Shown piece after piece: positions 9,558 to 22,000 of a stretch of 64,000 nt of DNA. The stretch comes from Planctomycetota bacterium (GTDB lineage: Bacteria > Planctomycetota > B15-G4 > JADJEK01), in the NCBI GenBank assembly GCA_044225365.1, contig JBGAIQ010000024.1, positions 23,023 through 87,022 of the forward strand, read 5' to 3'. Each line of letters begins with the position of its first letter. Within the stretch, counting starts at the first letter, position 1. Under the pieces are notes generated by a model. That model saw only the letters and a program-made list of their open reading frames with translations. It had not been told where the DNA came from and searched no databases. The translations under genes were made by a program, and so were the position numbers.

Positions 9558-10673
9558 TTGAGCCGAAGGCTCCGCATCGGAATCGCGTGCTACCCGACGG
9601 TCGGTGGGTCGGGCATCCTCGCCACCGAACTGGGTGCCGTTCTCGCCGATCGCGGACACGAGATCCACTTCCTGTCCTACGCCGAACCCGCGCGGCTGAA
9701 AGAACACCCGAACACGCACATTCACACCGTTCGGGTCTCCTCCTATCCGCTGTTCAAATACCCTCCATACGACCTCGCTCTAACGTCCAAGATGCATGAC
9801 CTCCTCGAACACGGAGCGCTCGACATCTTGCACGTGCACTACGCCATCCCGCACGCCATTTGTTCGTATCTCGCACGCCATATGTTGCCAGGATGCAGGA
9901 CAAAAACGGTCCTGACCTTGCACGGGACCGACATCACCGTGGTGGGGAACGAACCCGAATATCGCAGCATCACGCGCTTCGGCATCGAGAACACCGACGC
10001 CGTGATCGCGGTCTCGGCGTATCTCGCGCGCGAAACCCAGCGGATCTTCAACCCCAACAAGAACCTCGTCGTCGTTCCAAACTTCGTCGATATTCATCGT
10101 TTCCGACCACGTGATTCATGTCGGCTCGGAGCCGAGCCCGTGGTGGCCCACATGTCGAATTTCCGCCCGGTGAAGCGACCGCTCGACGTCATCCACGCCT
10201 TCGCGACGATTCGGAAGACCGTGCCCGCGCGTCTCTGGCTCATCGGCGATGGGCCCGAACTCCCGGGTTGCCTCGACCTCGCGCGCAAGCTGGGCGTCGG
10301 TTCCGCCGTCGACTCACTCGGGATCGTTCGCGACGTCGAAGAAGTCCTTCCCAACATCTCGCTGCTCCTTCAACCGAGCGGCAGTGAATCCTTCGGCCTC
10401 GCAGCTCTCGAGGCGATGGCGTGTGGTGTGCCGGTCGTCGGTTATCGCGTGGGGGGTCTGCCCGAAGTCGTCATCGATGGAGAGACGGGCTACCTCGTCG
10501 GGTTCCGCGATACCAAGGAACTCGCAGCCACCGCCGCCCGGATCCTCTCCGACGAAATCGAATGGCGGCGTCTGCGCTCGGCCGCTCGCGAACGTGCAGC
10601 AACGCTGTTCAGCAAGGAACACGCTGTCTCGGAACACGAACGGATCTACGAAGCCTTGCTCGATGCTTCCTGA
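9558..10673 (+). CDS. bshA: N-acetyl-alpha-D-glucosaminyl L-malate synthase BshA (GT4)
   Basis: IGIACYPTVGGSGILATELG, YPLFKYPPY, LHVHYAIPHA, TLHGTDIT, HMSNFRPVKR, ESFGLAALEAMACG; TTG start at 9558. Confidence 0.93.
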   Translation: MSRRLRIGIACYPTVGGSGILATELGAVLADRGHEIHFLSYAEPARLKEHPNTHIHTVRVSSYPLFKYPPYDLALTSKMHDLLEHGALDILHVHYAIPHAICSYLARHMLPGCRTKTVLTLHGTDITVVGNEPEYRSITRFGIENTDAVIAVSAYLARETQRIFNPNKNLVVVPNFVDIHRFRPRDSCRLGAEPVVAHMSNFRPVKRPLDVIHAFATIRKTVPARLWLIGDGPELPGCLDLARKLGVGSAVDSLGIVRDVEEVLPNISLLLQPSGSESFGLAALEAMACGVPVVGYRVGGLPEVVIDGETGYLVGFRDTKELAATAARILSDEIEWRRLRSAARERAATLFSKEHAVSEHERIYEALLDAS

Positions 10674-11835
10674 ACCTTCGATCTACTTCGATCACAACGC
10701 CATGGCGCCGCCGAAGCGCGTTGCCCTGTCGACGTTCCTCCGCGTGCAGCGACGAGTGACCGGTAACTCGTCGAGCATTCATCGCGATGGCATGCGAGCG
10801 CGCGCCGAACTCGACGAGGCTCGATCCTCGATCGTCGAGTCCCTTTCAATTCGCGAGGGTCAGCTCATCTTCACCTCGGGCGGGACCGAAGCGAACAACC
10901 TCGCGATCCTGGGTGCCCAACTCCTACCCACGCGCCAAGACATCGCGATCTCCCCCATCGAACATCCCTCCGTGACGGCCGCGGCACGCGCCGCGACGCA
11001 ACACCGAAACTCCCGTCTTCGGGTGCTCCCCACCACCGAACACGGAACGATCGATCTACAGGCCATCGAGAACACGATCGACGACCGAATCGGACTCGTC
11101 TCGATCCAAGCCGCGAATCACGAAACGGGCGTCGTTCAGCCCATCGAAGCGATCGCTGCAGCCCTACGCGGAACGAACTCGATCTTCCATTGCGACGCAG
11201 TTCAGTACGTCGGGCGACGCCCGGCCGCAGCCCTCTGCGCCAGCGTCGATGCCTTGACACTGGCAGCGCACAAATTGGGCGGACTCCCCGGTATCGGCGC
11301 TTTGTGGGTGAAGGATCCGTCCCGATTCTCCCCCATCCTCCATGGCGGAGCACAGGAGCACGGGCTTCGCGCGGGCACGACCTCACCGGCGCTCGCCGCG
11401 GCCTTCGCCGCGGCCCTGCGCGAATCGATTCGAACGGCCGATCACGAACGCGAGCGCATTTCTTCGCTGCGCACTCACTTGCTCGAGGGGATTCGCGCGA
11501 TCGTTCCCGACACGGTCTTCTTCTCCACAGCTCGAGACACGCTCGAAAACACGCTGTGCCTTGCGTTCCCGGGCATCGACCGATTCGCGCTCACGATCCA
11601 ACTCGATCTCTCGAATGTTCGAGTCTCCCCGGGGGCCGCATGCTCGAGCGGATCGCCGGAGCCGTCTCCCGTCCTTCAAGCCCTTGGCGTCCCGCCGTCG
11701 CTATTGCGCTCGGCGATTCGACTCTCGCTTGGAACCTCGAACGATCGCGAACAGGTCTCATCGTTCCTCGAGCGCCTGCCACGGATCGTCGACCAATGCC
11801 GTGCAGATTCTCTTCGATTCTCAACTCGCGCCTAA
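10663..11835 (+). CDS. Cysteine desulfurase (IscS/NifS family)
   Basis: IYFDHNA, GNSSSIH, FTSGGTEANN, ANHETG, HCDAVQ, AAHKLGG (PLP Lys), GAACSSG (catalytic Cys). Confidence 0.92.
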   Translation: MLPEPSIYFDHNAMAPPKRVALSTFLRVQRRVTGNSSSIHRDGMRARAELDEARSSIVESLSIREGQLIFTSGGTEANNLAILGAQLLPTRQDIAISPIEHPSVTAAARAATQHRNSRLRVLPTTEHGTIDLQAIENTIDDRIGLVSIQAANHETGVVQPIEAIAAALRGTNSIFHCDAVQYVGRRPAAALCASVDALTLAAHKLGGLPGIGALWVKDPSRFSPILHGGAQEHGLRAGTTSPALAAAFAAALRESIRTADHERERISSLRTHLLEGIRAIVPDTVFFSTARDTLENTLCLAFPGIDRFALTIQLDLSNVRVSPGAACSSGSPEPSPVLQALGVPPSLLRSAIRLSLGTSNDREQVSSFLERLPRIVDQCRADSLRFSTRA

Positions 11836-11904
11836 CTCCTTCATCGGATCGCACGGTCTGCCAACACTCTCTTCACGCTTCGTCCACCTTCCCCCCACAC
11901 ACGG

Positions 11905-11934
11905 TTGACACGGCGGCTCAAACCCAAGTACAAG
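11905..11934 (+). promoter_or_regulatory. Possible sigma-70 promoter for dnaA
   Basis: Perfect TTGACA at 11905, 18-nt spacer, imperfect -10 TACAAG. Confidence 0.35.
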
Positions 11935-12047
11935 GTGCCGCGCGCGTCCGACCAGGCGCGGGGCCGACGCGAGGCGGCGAATCCTTCGAAAACTCGCTTT
12001 CCCTTTCGGATGCGCATCCGACCTTTCTCGGACGCGTAGGGGGCCGT

Positions 12048-13451
12048 ATGCGTCGCGCAAACACCGTCGCTCCCATGTTACAAGACCAATTCCTCTCGCG
12101 ACTTCGCCTCTCCCTCACTCCCCAGCAGTTCGAAACCTGGTTCCGCCGCATCGAACTTCGCTGCGACGACGAGTCTCGTTATTCTCTCGTTCTTCCTAAC
12201 GAATTCATTCGGAATTGGGTCCAAAATTACTACTACGACGTCGTTCGGTCCGTCCTCCATGAGTTGACCGGTACCGAAGTCGAAGCGACGCTGCAAGTCG
12301 CACCTCCGGACTCCGAACTCGCAACGAGCGACGTCGCACTTGCGCGCGAATCCCTGATTCCTCCTCCCAGCGCGACCCCCGTCGCGCCTCCCACGAGCGG
12401 CACTCCTCGCCCCGCGCTCAGCCCGAACTCCGACACGATCCTCCATTCGAACTACACCTTCTCCAACTTCGTCGTCGGAGCGAGCAATCGCTTTGCGCAC
12501 GCCGCAGCGATCGCGGTGGCCGACATGCCGGCGAAGAGCTTCAATCCCTTCTTCCTCCACGGATCGGTCGGTCTCGGAAAGACGCACTTGTTGCAGGCGA
12601 TCTGTCACGAGATCCTCGCGAAGGCGCCCCATACCAACATCCTCTATCTGTCGTGCGAATCGTTCATCAATCAGTTCATCGAAGCACTCGAGAACGGCGA
12701 CCTGAATTCATTTCGCCAGAAGTACCGCAACGTCGACGTCATCCTCGTCGACGATATTCAACTCCTCGCTAACAAAGAGCGCACGCAAGAGGAGTTCTTC
12801 CACACCTTCAACACTCTATACAATCTAGGCCACCAGATCGTTCTTTCGAGCGATGCTCCTCCCAAGGACATCCCTACGCTACAAGAGCGCTTGGTCTCTA
12901 GATTCAAAATGGGGCTCGTCGTCGAGATCGCGAGCCCCGATTTCGAGACGCGCGTCAACATCCTCCGCAATAAAGCGCGGCTGCGTGGACACGACCTCCC
13001 GTCCGATGTCGCTCATTATCTTGCGCAACACGTGCAGACCAACATCCGCGAACTCGAGGGCGCGATCGTTCGCCTCATCGGTTATGCCGACCTCGACAAG
13101 AAGCCCCTCACGCTCGACCTCGCTCGCGAGAGCCTTGCTCATTCCGCGGGTCACCGCTCGACCGTCATCACGATTCACGACATCATTTCCGTCGTGACGA
13201 AGCACTTCAACGTCAAGCTCTCCGACCTCCAGAGCAAGCGCCGCAATCAGTCCCTCACCTACCCCCGCCAGATCTGCATGTTCCTGGCTAGGCGCTACAC
13301 GAACCACTCCCTCGAGGAGATCGGCGGGTATTTCGGAGGACGGGATCACACGACCGTTCTCTACGCCAACGAGAAGATCGACTCGCTCCTTGAGACGGAC
13401 TCACAAGTTCAAGACTTAGTTCGTCGATTGGCATCTCAATTGGATGTATGA
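12048..13451 (+). CDS. dnaA: Chromosomal replication initiator DnaA
   Basis: QQFETWF, YTFSNFVVGASNRFA, GSVGLGKTHLL, DDIQLLA, TQEEFFHTFN, NIRELEGA, FGGRDHTTV; alternative start ATG 12075. Confidence 0.98.
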   Translation: MRRANTVAPMLQDQFLSRLRLSLTPQQFETWFRRIELRCDDESRYSLVLPNEFIRNWVQNYYYDVVRSVLHELTGTEVEATLQVAPPDSELATSDVALARESLIPPPSATPVAPPTSGTPRPALSPNSDTILHSNYTFSNFVVGASNRFAHAAAIAVADMPAKSFNPFFLHGSVGLGKTHLLQAICHEILAKAPHTNILYLSCESFINQFIEALENGDLNSFRQKYRNVDVILVDDIQLLANKERTQEEFFHTFNTLYNLGHQIVLSSDAPPKDIPTLQERLVSRFKMGLVVEIASPDFETRVNILRNKARLRGHDLPSDVAHYLAQHVQTNIRELEGAIVRLIGYADLDKKPLTLDLARESLAHSAGHRSTVITIHDIISVVTKHFNVKLSDLQSKRRNQSLTYPRQICMFLARRYTNHSLEEIGGYFGGRDHTTVLYANEKIDSLLETDSQVQDLVRRLASQLDV

Positions 13452-14035
13452 GTCTCCCCGACCCCTGAGACCTTCCCACCGTAGAGAACCCTGCCACGTC
13501 GACTCGTCTTCAAGAGTCGCTTATTCGGCGCCTTTAATCTCTCCAAAACGCCCTACTCGAGCCCCCTCCTTCGAGTCTTCCCCTGTTTCTGAGCTGGATC
13601 CTCGCGTCCACCCACGGAACTTCTCCACCGTACTTCCACCCCACGCCCAGGGTTTCACCACGGTTTCTCGTAGGTCCCCTGCGTACGAAATCGATTCTTC
13701 CACAAGCCGTGAGGGAGCGATCGACCGAGAACTTGTGAACTTCTTCTGAGTCCGCGGTGGTTCGCTCGTGCGGTACTCCGGAGTTTTCAACGAGCGCGCT
13801 CGGTACGACCGCGTTCTACCCCGGCCGTCCACCCTCCGCTTCCCTCGACCGCGCGTTTTCCAACACCTGAGCATGCGTCCTAAATTATTTCCTCGAAGCG
13901 CCTTGGATCTCCCTGTCTTCGCCAGAACACATCTCGAATCTCCTTCTTACTGAGATGAGATTTGATTAGAATCCATGGTCTTTCATCGCCAGCGGAACTG
14001 GATCCAAGAAACCGACGATCGAAGAGGTCTCGACC
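13452..14035. other. Putative replication origin (oriC)
   Basis: About 580-bp dnaA-dnaN gap with degenerate DnaA-box-like 9-mers (TTCTCCACC 13621, ACTTCCACC 13632, TTCACCACG 13654, TCTTCCACA 13696, TGTGAACTT 13734) and AT-rich patches near 13880 and 13945-13972. Confidence 0.7.
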
Positions 14036-15136
14036 ATGCGTTTTGAGTGTTCTCGGGCGGAGATCGCAAGAGCGATTCTCGTACCGTCCAACCTGACGCC
14101 GTCGCGGGCCACTCATCCCGGACTTCTTGGAACCCACATCGAAGTCACAGCGACCTCGGGCGGCGTTCAGGCCTCCGATGGTGACCTCTGGGCGCGGGCC
14201 ACGTTCCGTCCATCGACCGTCCAGCGCCCCGGCGCGCTGACGTTGCCCACCGCGATCCTGGACACCATCGTTCGGAGTACTGAAGACTCGAACTTGTCCT
14301 TCGAAGCGCAAGGTCGCTACTGCGAGATCCGCGGACAAGACGCCGTTTACAACGTCGTCGCTGTCGAACCCGCAAACTTCGCGCTCGCTCAGCACGAGCA
14401 GAAACCGAAGATCACGATCTCCCGCGCCGAGTTCGACTCGATGTACCAGCGCACTTCGTTCAGCGTTGGAAAGGACGTGGGGCGGTACGCGGTGAACGGC
14501 CTAATGGTGGAGATCGAGGATCAAATCCTGTCGTTCATCGCGACCGACAGCCGCCGTATGGCGCGAGCATCGCGCAAAGCATCGCTGCTGGAAGACGACG
14601 GTTCACTGAAGAAGGCCATCATTCCACCGAAGGCGATCCAGGAAGTGCTCCGAGGCGGCAACGACGATCAGATCGCGTTGGGCTTCGATTCAGAATTCGT
14701 GACCCTCGTCTGTGGTGATCTCCAGGTCGTCAGTCGACTGATCGTGGGGGACTTTCCCGACCACCGCCGGATCATTCCCCAAGGATTGAAGAATCGATTC
14801 TCGGTCTCTCGCGACGCCCTCCTGTCTGCGGTTCGTCGAGCTGCGGTGTTCTCGGCGGATGCGATCCGTGCGGTTCATCTCGATGTCACCGACAAGACTC
14901 TCACGTTGTCATCGGAATCGGATGGGCGGGGGCGCGCGAGTACGAAGATGCCCGCGGAAATCTCAGGATGTGACCAGGTCACGGTAGATCTCAATCCGGA
15001 CTTCCTGATCGACTTCTTGAAGGTCGTCGACACAGGAATCGTCCACGTCGAGTTCCGCGACTCGCAGAGCGCCATCGTGCTGCGGCATGAAACGGGGAAC
15101 GACATCTACCTCGTGATGCCGATCACATCGAACTGA
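14036..15136 (+). CDS. dnaN: DNA polymerase III beta sliding clamp
   Basis: 366 aa, ASDGDL, IATDSRRMA, SRLIVGDFPDHRRIIP, LNPDFLIDFL, C-terminal YLVMPI; downstream of dnaA. Confidence 0.95.
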   Translation: MRFECSRAEIARAILVPSNLTPSRATHPGLLGTHIEVTATSGGVQASDGDLWARATFRPSTVQRPGALTLPTAILDTIVRSTEDSNLSFEAQGRYCEIRGQDAVYNVVAVEPANFALAQHEQKPKITISRAEFDSMYQRTSFSVGKDVGRYAVNGLMVEIEDQILSFIATDSRRMARASRKASLLEDDGSLKKAIIPPKAIQEVLRGGNDDQIALGFDSEFVTLVCGDLQVVSRLIVGDFPDHRRIIPQGLKNRFSVSRDALLSAVRRAAVFSADAIRAVHLDVTDKTLTLSSESDGRGRASTKMPAEISGCDQVTVDLNPDFLIDFLKVVDTGIVHVEFRDSQSAIVLRHETGNDIYLVMPITSN

Positions 15137-15142
15137 GCAGCA

Positions 15143-18002
<2,860 letters not shown>

Positions 18003-18113
18003 CGCTTTTCGCACAACGAGCGCCGTTCGAATCCCGTGCCGTTTTTCCGCGCGTGACTAAGGTTCCGACTCGAATCGTCCGATGCAGAGACGAACGTTTC
18101 GGAGTGCACGCGG

Positions 18114-18635
18114 GTGGCCACACAACGCAATTCCATCCAGCAGCGGCTGGTGCGCCTCAAGAAGCTGGGCGAGCTCCTCGCTCAGGAAGGGCTCATTTCC
18201 GAAGACGATCTTCGCGATGCGCTCGATGAACAACGGCGCACGGGCGGTCTCCTCGGCGAGATCCTTGTCCAACAAGGCCGGGTCACCGAGTGGGACCTCG
18301 CGCGGTGCCTCGTCAGCCAACTGCAGCTTCCGTTCATCTACACGACGAATTACGACATCTCGCCGGAGACGAACGCGCTGCTCCCGCACGCGTTCTTGCA
18401 CCAACATCGGATCGTGCCGCTCGACATCTTCGGCAAGACACTCGTCCTCGCGACCGCGGGCAGCATCTCCCAGGAGATCGTCGAGGAAATCGAGCTCACG
18501 ACTCATCTCGAGGTGATGCTCTACATCTCCCTCACGACCGACATCCAGAAGACGCTTCAGGATCGCTTCCCGCTCGAGAAGGTCACGGACGCGCTCTTCG
18601 CGCGCTTCGACAAGCTCTACAGCGACGGCGGATGA
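18114..18635 (+). CDS. Stand-alone MshEN / T2SSE_N domain protein (possible c-di-GMP binder)
   Basis: KLGELLAQEGLISEDDLRDALDEQ and LLGEILVQQGRVTEWDLARCLVSQ tandem motifs, then IVPL..TLVLA; no ATPase domain. Confidence 0.8.
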   Translation: MATQRNSIQQRLVRLKKLGELLAQEGLISEDDLRDALDEQRRTGGLLGEILVQQGRVTEWDLARCLVSQLQLPFIYTTNYDISPETNALLPHAFLHQHRIVPLDIFGKTLVLATAGSISQEIVEEIELTTHLEVMLYISLTTDIQKTLQDRFPLEKVTDALFARFDKLYSDGG

Positions 18636-19030
18636 CCGGTCGAGCCAGGCGGCTCCAGATCGCCGGGCTTTCGCGTTTCGTCCGGGGGTGATGGGGGGGC
18701 GGCCTCGTTCGACGGCGAAGATTCTGTTCTCTCGGTTTCGACGGAGTCCACGGGCGGCTGCGCCGGCGGTGCGATCCTGGGAGGCGGCTCGACGGGTTCG
18801 GGCGCCTTGTCCCCAGAGAAATCTCGTCGCGGCAATCGCGGCCGCGAATCGTCGTAGTCCCGAAACTCGCGCGTCAACGATTCCGCCTGGCGGCGAAGAT
18901 CGCCCACGACTCGACCGAGCGACCGCGCGACCTTGGGCAGATCGCCGCCGTAGAGCAGGATCGCGATCACCACGATGAAGATGAACTCTCCACCGCTGAC
19001 ATCGATGAACGCAAGACACGCGAGAGGCAT
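18617..19030 (-). CDS. Twin-arginine translocase TatA/TatB family subunit
   Basis: GGEFIFIVVIAILLYGGDLPKVARSLGRVVGDLRR plus Pro-rich tail. Confidence 0.85.
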   Translation of the reverse strand: MPLACLAFIDVSGGEFIFIVVIAILLYGGDLPKVARSLGRVVGDLRRQAESLTREFRDYDDSRPRLPRRDFSGDKAPEPVEPPPRIAPPAQPPVDSVETERTESSPSNEAAPPSPPDETRKPGDLEPPGSTGHPPSL

Positions 19031-19093
19031 GATCGCACCTACAGGGTCACGGCGCAGCGAGTCGACCTTCGCGGCGCCGAACGGCGCAGCGAA

Positions 19094-22000
19094 CTACTTC
19101 GGCTTTGGCGTCGCAGCTCCTTCGTCTTCAGCTTCGGCATCGGGCAGAGCCTCATCCTCGGAGTAGTCCGGGAGATCGAACACAGGAGTCAGATCATAAC
19201 CGTCGGAGAGCGCCGTCTTGAATCGATCGTGTTCGCGACGCTGGGCGGTGACGAGCGGTACGACGCTGACGCCGAAGCCACGACCATAGCCTGGCGTTCC
19301 GATGTCGAACTCGAACATCCAGTCATGGGTGCTTCGTCTCAAGATGACTTGAGTTCCGCCGCCGCCAGAGGACGAAGCGAGCTTGAACTCCTGGCGCAGA
19401 GCGACTTCCCAGTGCCGCGTCATCTGGTAGCCGAACTCGAATCGCAGTGAATTCAGGTCGCGGTTCGACGCGCGGGTGAGCAAGTAGCCGTCAAGCGCGA
19501 GCGTCGGCGAGACCGTACCCGCTTGCGCGTAGCTGTATCCGATTCGACCGAAGAAGTCGGGTCCTGGTTCGGTCGTGAACTCGATGCTGTACTTGTCGAG
19601 CTGACCCTTCTGCCAGTTCCACGCGATCGTGTTGCGCAAGTAGGACCGCTCGAGCAGGTAGTACGCGAGATCAGGGCGATACCGAAGATCGATCCAAAGG
19701 TCCCCGATGCCGGTGCCGTCCTCGATCTTGGTGTTCGACGTCACCTTCTTGTTGCCTTGGTTCTTCTCCAGGATCTTCACGAGATCCTCTTGGCGAGCAT
19801 TGGAGAAGATGTACGGCTGCTGGATGTCGACGTCGAGGAACGTGACCGTCTCGCGACCGTAGCGCGTCATGCGTTTCGTTTCGTAGCGATTCCTCACGCC
19901 GGGAACGATGACGTTGAGTTCGTCGAAGCGCTCGACCGAGTCGTAGGGAACGAGGTCGTTCGCGTTCTTCGTCGAGAGGAACGTGTATCGATACCGAAGG
20001 CTCGGGATGATGATGTGACGCAGGCCGAAGATGTTGAAGTACTCCGACTCGAAGTCGGGGATCGTCTTCCAGTACTGCGTGCTCGCGTTGAAGCCGACCG
20101 TCATCCCCTCGCGCAGACCGCCGCCGCCATCGATCTCGGCGTCGCCGAGCCAATACGTCAGCCGGTTCTCGAAGTAGGGATCGACCGTCACCGGACCGAC
20201 GTCGAACGGCATGTTGAAGCGTTCGATGTCGTCGCCACGAAACGCGGAGCCCTCGGAGAGGAACTGCTCGGAGCTCGTGTCGAGGAAGGTCTCGTTGGTA
20301 TTCGCGTTCTGATCGAAGGTCGGGTTGACCGGATCGTTCGCGCCGTTCCCATTACCGTTGCCGTTCCCGTTGCCATTGGCTTTTGCCGTTGCAGGTGCCG
20401 ACTTCGATCCGTGAGCGCCGGCCTTGCTCGGACTCTTGGCCGGGGCGGATGCTGGACCGGTCCCCGTTCCACCGGACCCAGTGCCGTTCCCGTTCCCGTT
20501 CAACAGGTCGTTCTTCTTGTTCTTCTTCTTCTGCTTGTCGAATTGGTCCTTCAGGTCCTGCGAGACGAGTCGGTTGACGTAGCCGACTTCGGAGCGGTGA
20601 GTCCAGTACAGCGTGAGGGGTTCGTCCTGGCCAAGTGCTTCGCCGAGCGACTCGAACTGCGCGATCGGGCGTGAGATCACGTCGTAGGTCGCTTGCGGCA
20701 AGTACTCGGTCTGCGTCTGCCAATCGTTCAAGCGGTAGCGGAGAGTCGCCGTGACCGCCGTGTCGTGATCGAGCTTGCGAAGATACGCATAGGTCTCAGG
20801 ATCGCGCTTCAGGTCCTGCTCGTTGTGGAAGAACTCCGAGATCAGGTCCTTGTCGCTCACGTAGTTCAATTCGGTATCGAGCCGCCACGCATCCGGTAGG
20901 TAGACGCGATTGAGAGTGCGGAATCGCGATCGGAAGCCCGAGTTGTCGACCTTGTTGTTCTTCGTCGACTTCGAAGTCGTGTCGTTGCCCGAGATGTCGT
21001 TGATCACGAAGAAGTCGGTCTTGCCCTCGTAGAACTTCTCCTTACCCGATTTCGTTTCGTACTCGATGCCGCCGCCGAGACCGAGACCTCGCTTCGAGTA
21101 GAAATTGATGTCGACGAACCACGAGCCCTTGAACTTGCCCTCGATCCCGAGCCAGTTGTTGAAATCGAGGCCCGCCTGTTCGAAGGCATTTCCCCATCGC
21201 GTCTTGATGTAGAAGCCGAGGTCGCTCGATCCACCGACACGCGCCGCCTGCAGGGGAAACGGACTCTCGGCCCCGAGGCGCACTTCGAGATAGGGCACCG
21301 CGACGAGCGGTTGCTGTTGCACGACGAACTGATCGCCGTAGCCGCTGATTCGGCCCGACTCCTCACTGGCGCGCTGTTCGTAGATCGCGTGGTCGATCGC
21401 GACGTGATAACCCGGAACGGCGAACGTGCAGGTCGTGAGTTGCGCGTTGTCGGCCTCGAGCAGTCCGCGAGCGATACCACGAATCTCCGCTGCGCGGAAC
21501 ACGATCGGGATCGTCTTGCGATTTTCGAGCTCGATCTGCGACATCGACTCGGGGTTCTGGTTGTTCTTGTTCTTGCCGGAGAGCTGTTTCGTCGACTGAT
21601 CGTCGGTGCGCATCTCGCCCTTGACGATGAGCGACCGATCCTCGAGCACGTTGAAATACGCGCGTTCGGCCTGGAAGACCGTGCGCGACGTTCCGGACTT
21701 CGACTCGATGTAGACGTCGCCTTCCGCATAGATCTCGCGGAGCTTGCCACCGCCGGATCCCGTCGCGAGGGCGCCGAATTCGGGGAGCAGCGCCTTGCCT
21801 TCGACGTTCGTCATCGCCGGAGACGCGAGTCCTGAGCCGAGGGCGACCGGGTCGTTCGGCGGATAGGGGAATTGCGCCTTCGCGATCGACGGGAGCTGGC
21901 TGTCCTTGCCGTCCGACCAGATGAGGATGTTGCGAGCGGTGATGTACCAGTCGCCGAACCAGATCTCGCCGCCGCCCGCCATCGCAGTGACCATCGGCGC

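Noticed and set aside
11190-12047. N-terminal extension making DnaA 753 aa
   Set aside because: Overlaps the cysteine desulfurase in another frame; DnaA homology begins near 12075
13444-13953. Short ORFs in the dnaA-dnaN gap
   Set aside because: Pro/Ser/Arg-rich with no motifs; region better explained as oriC
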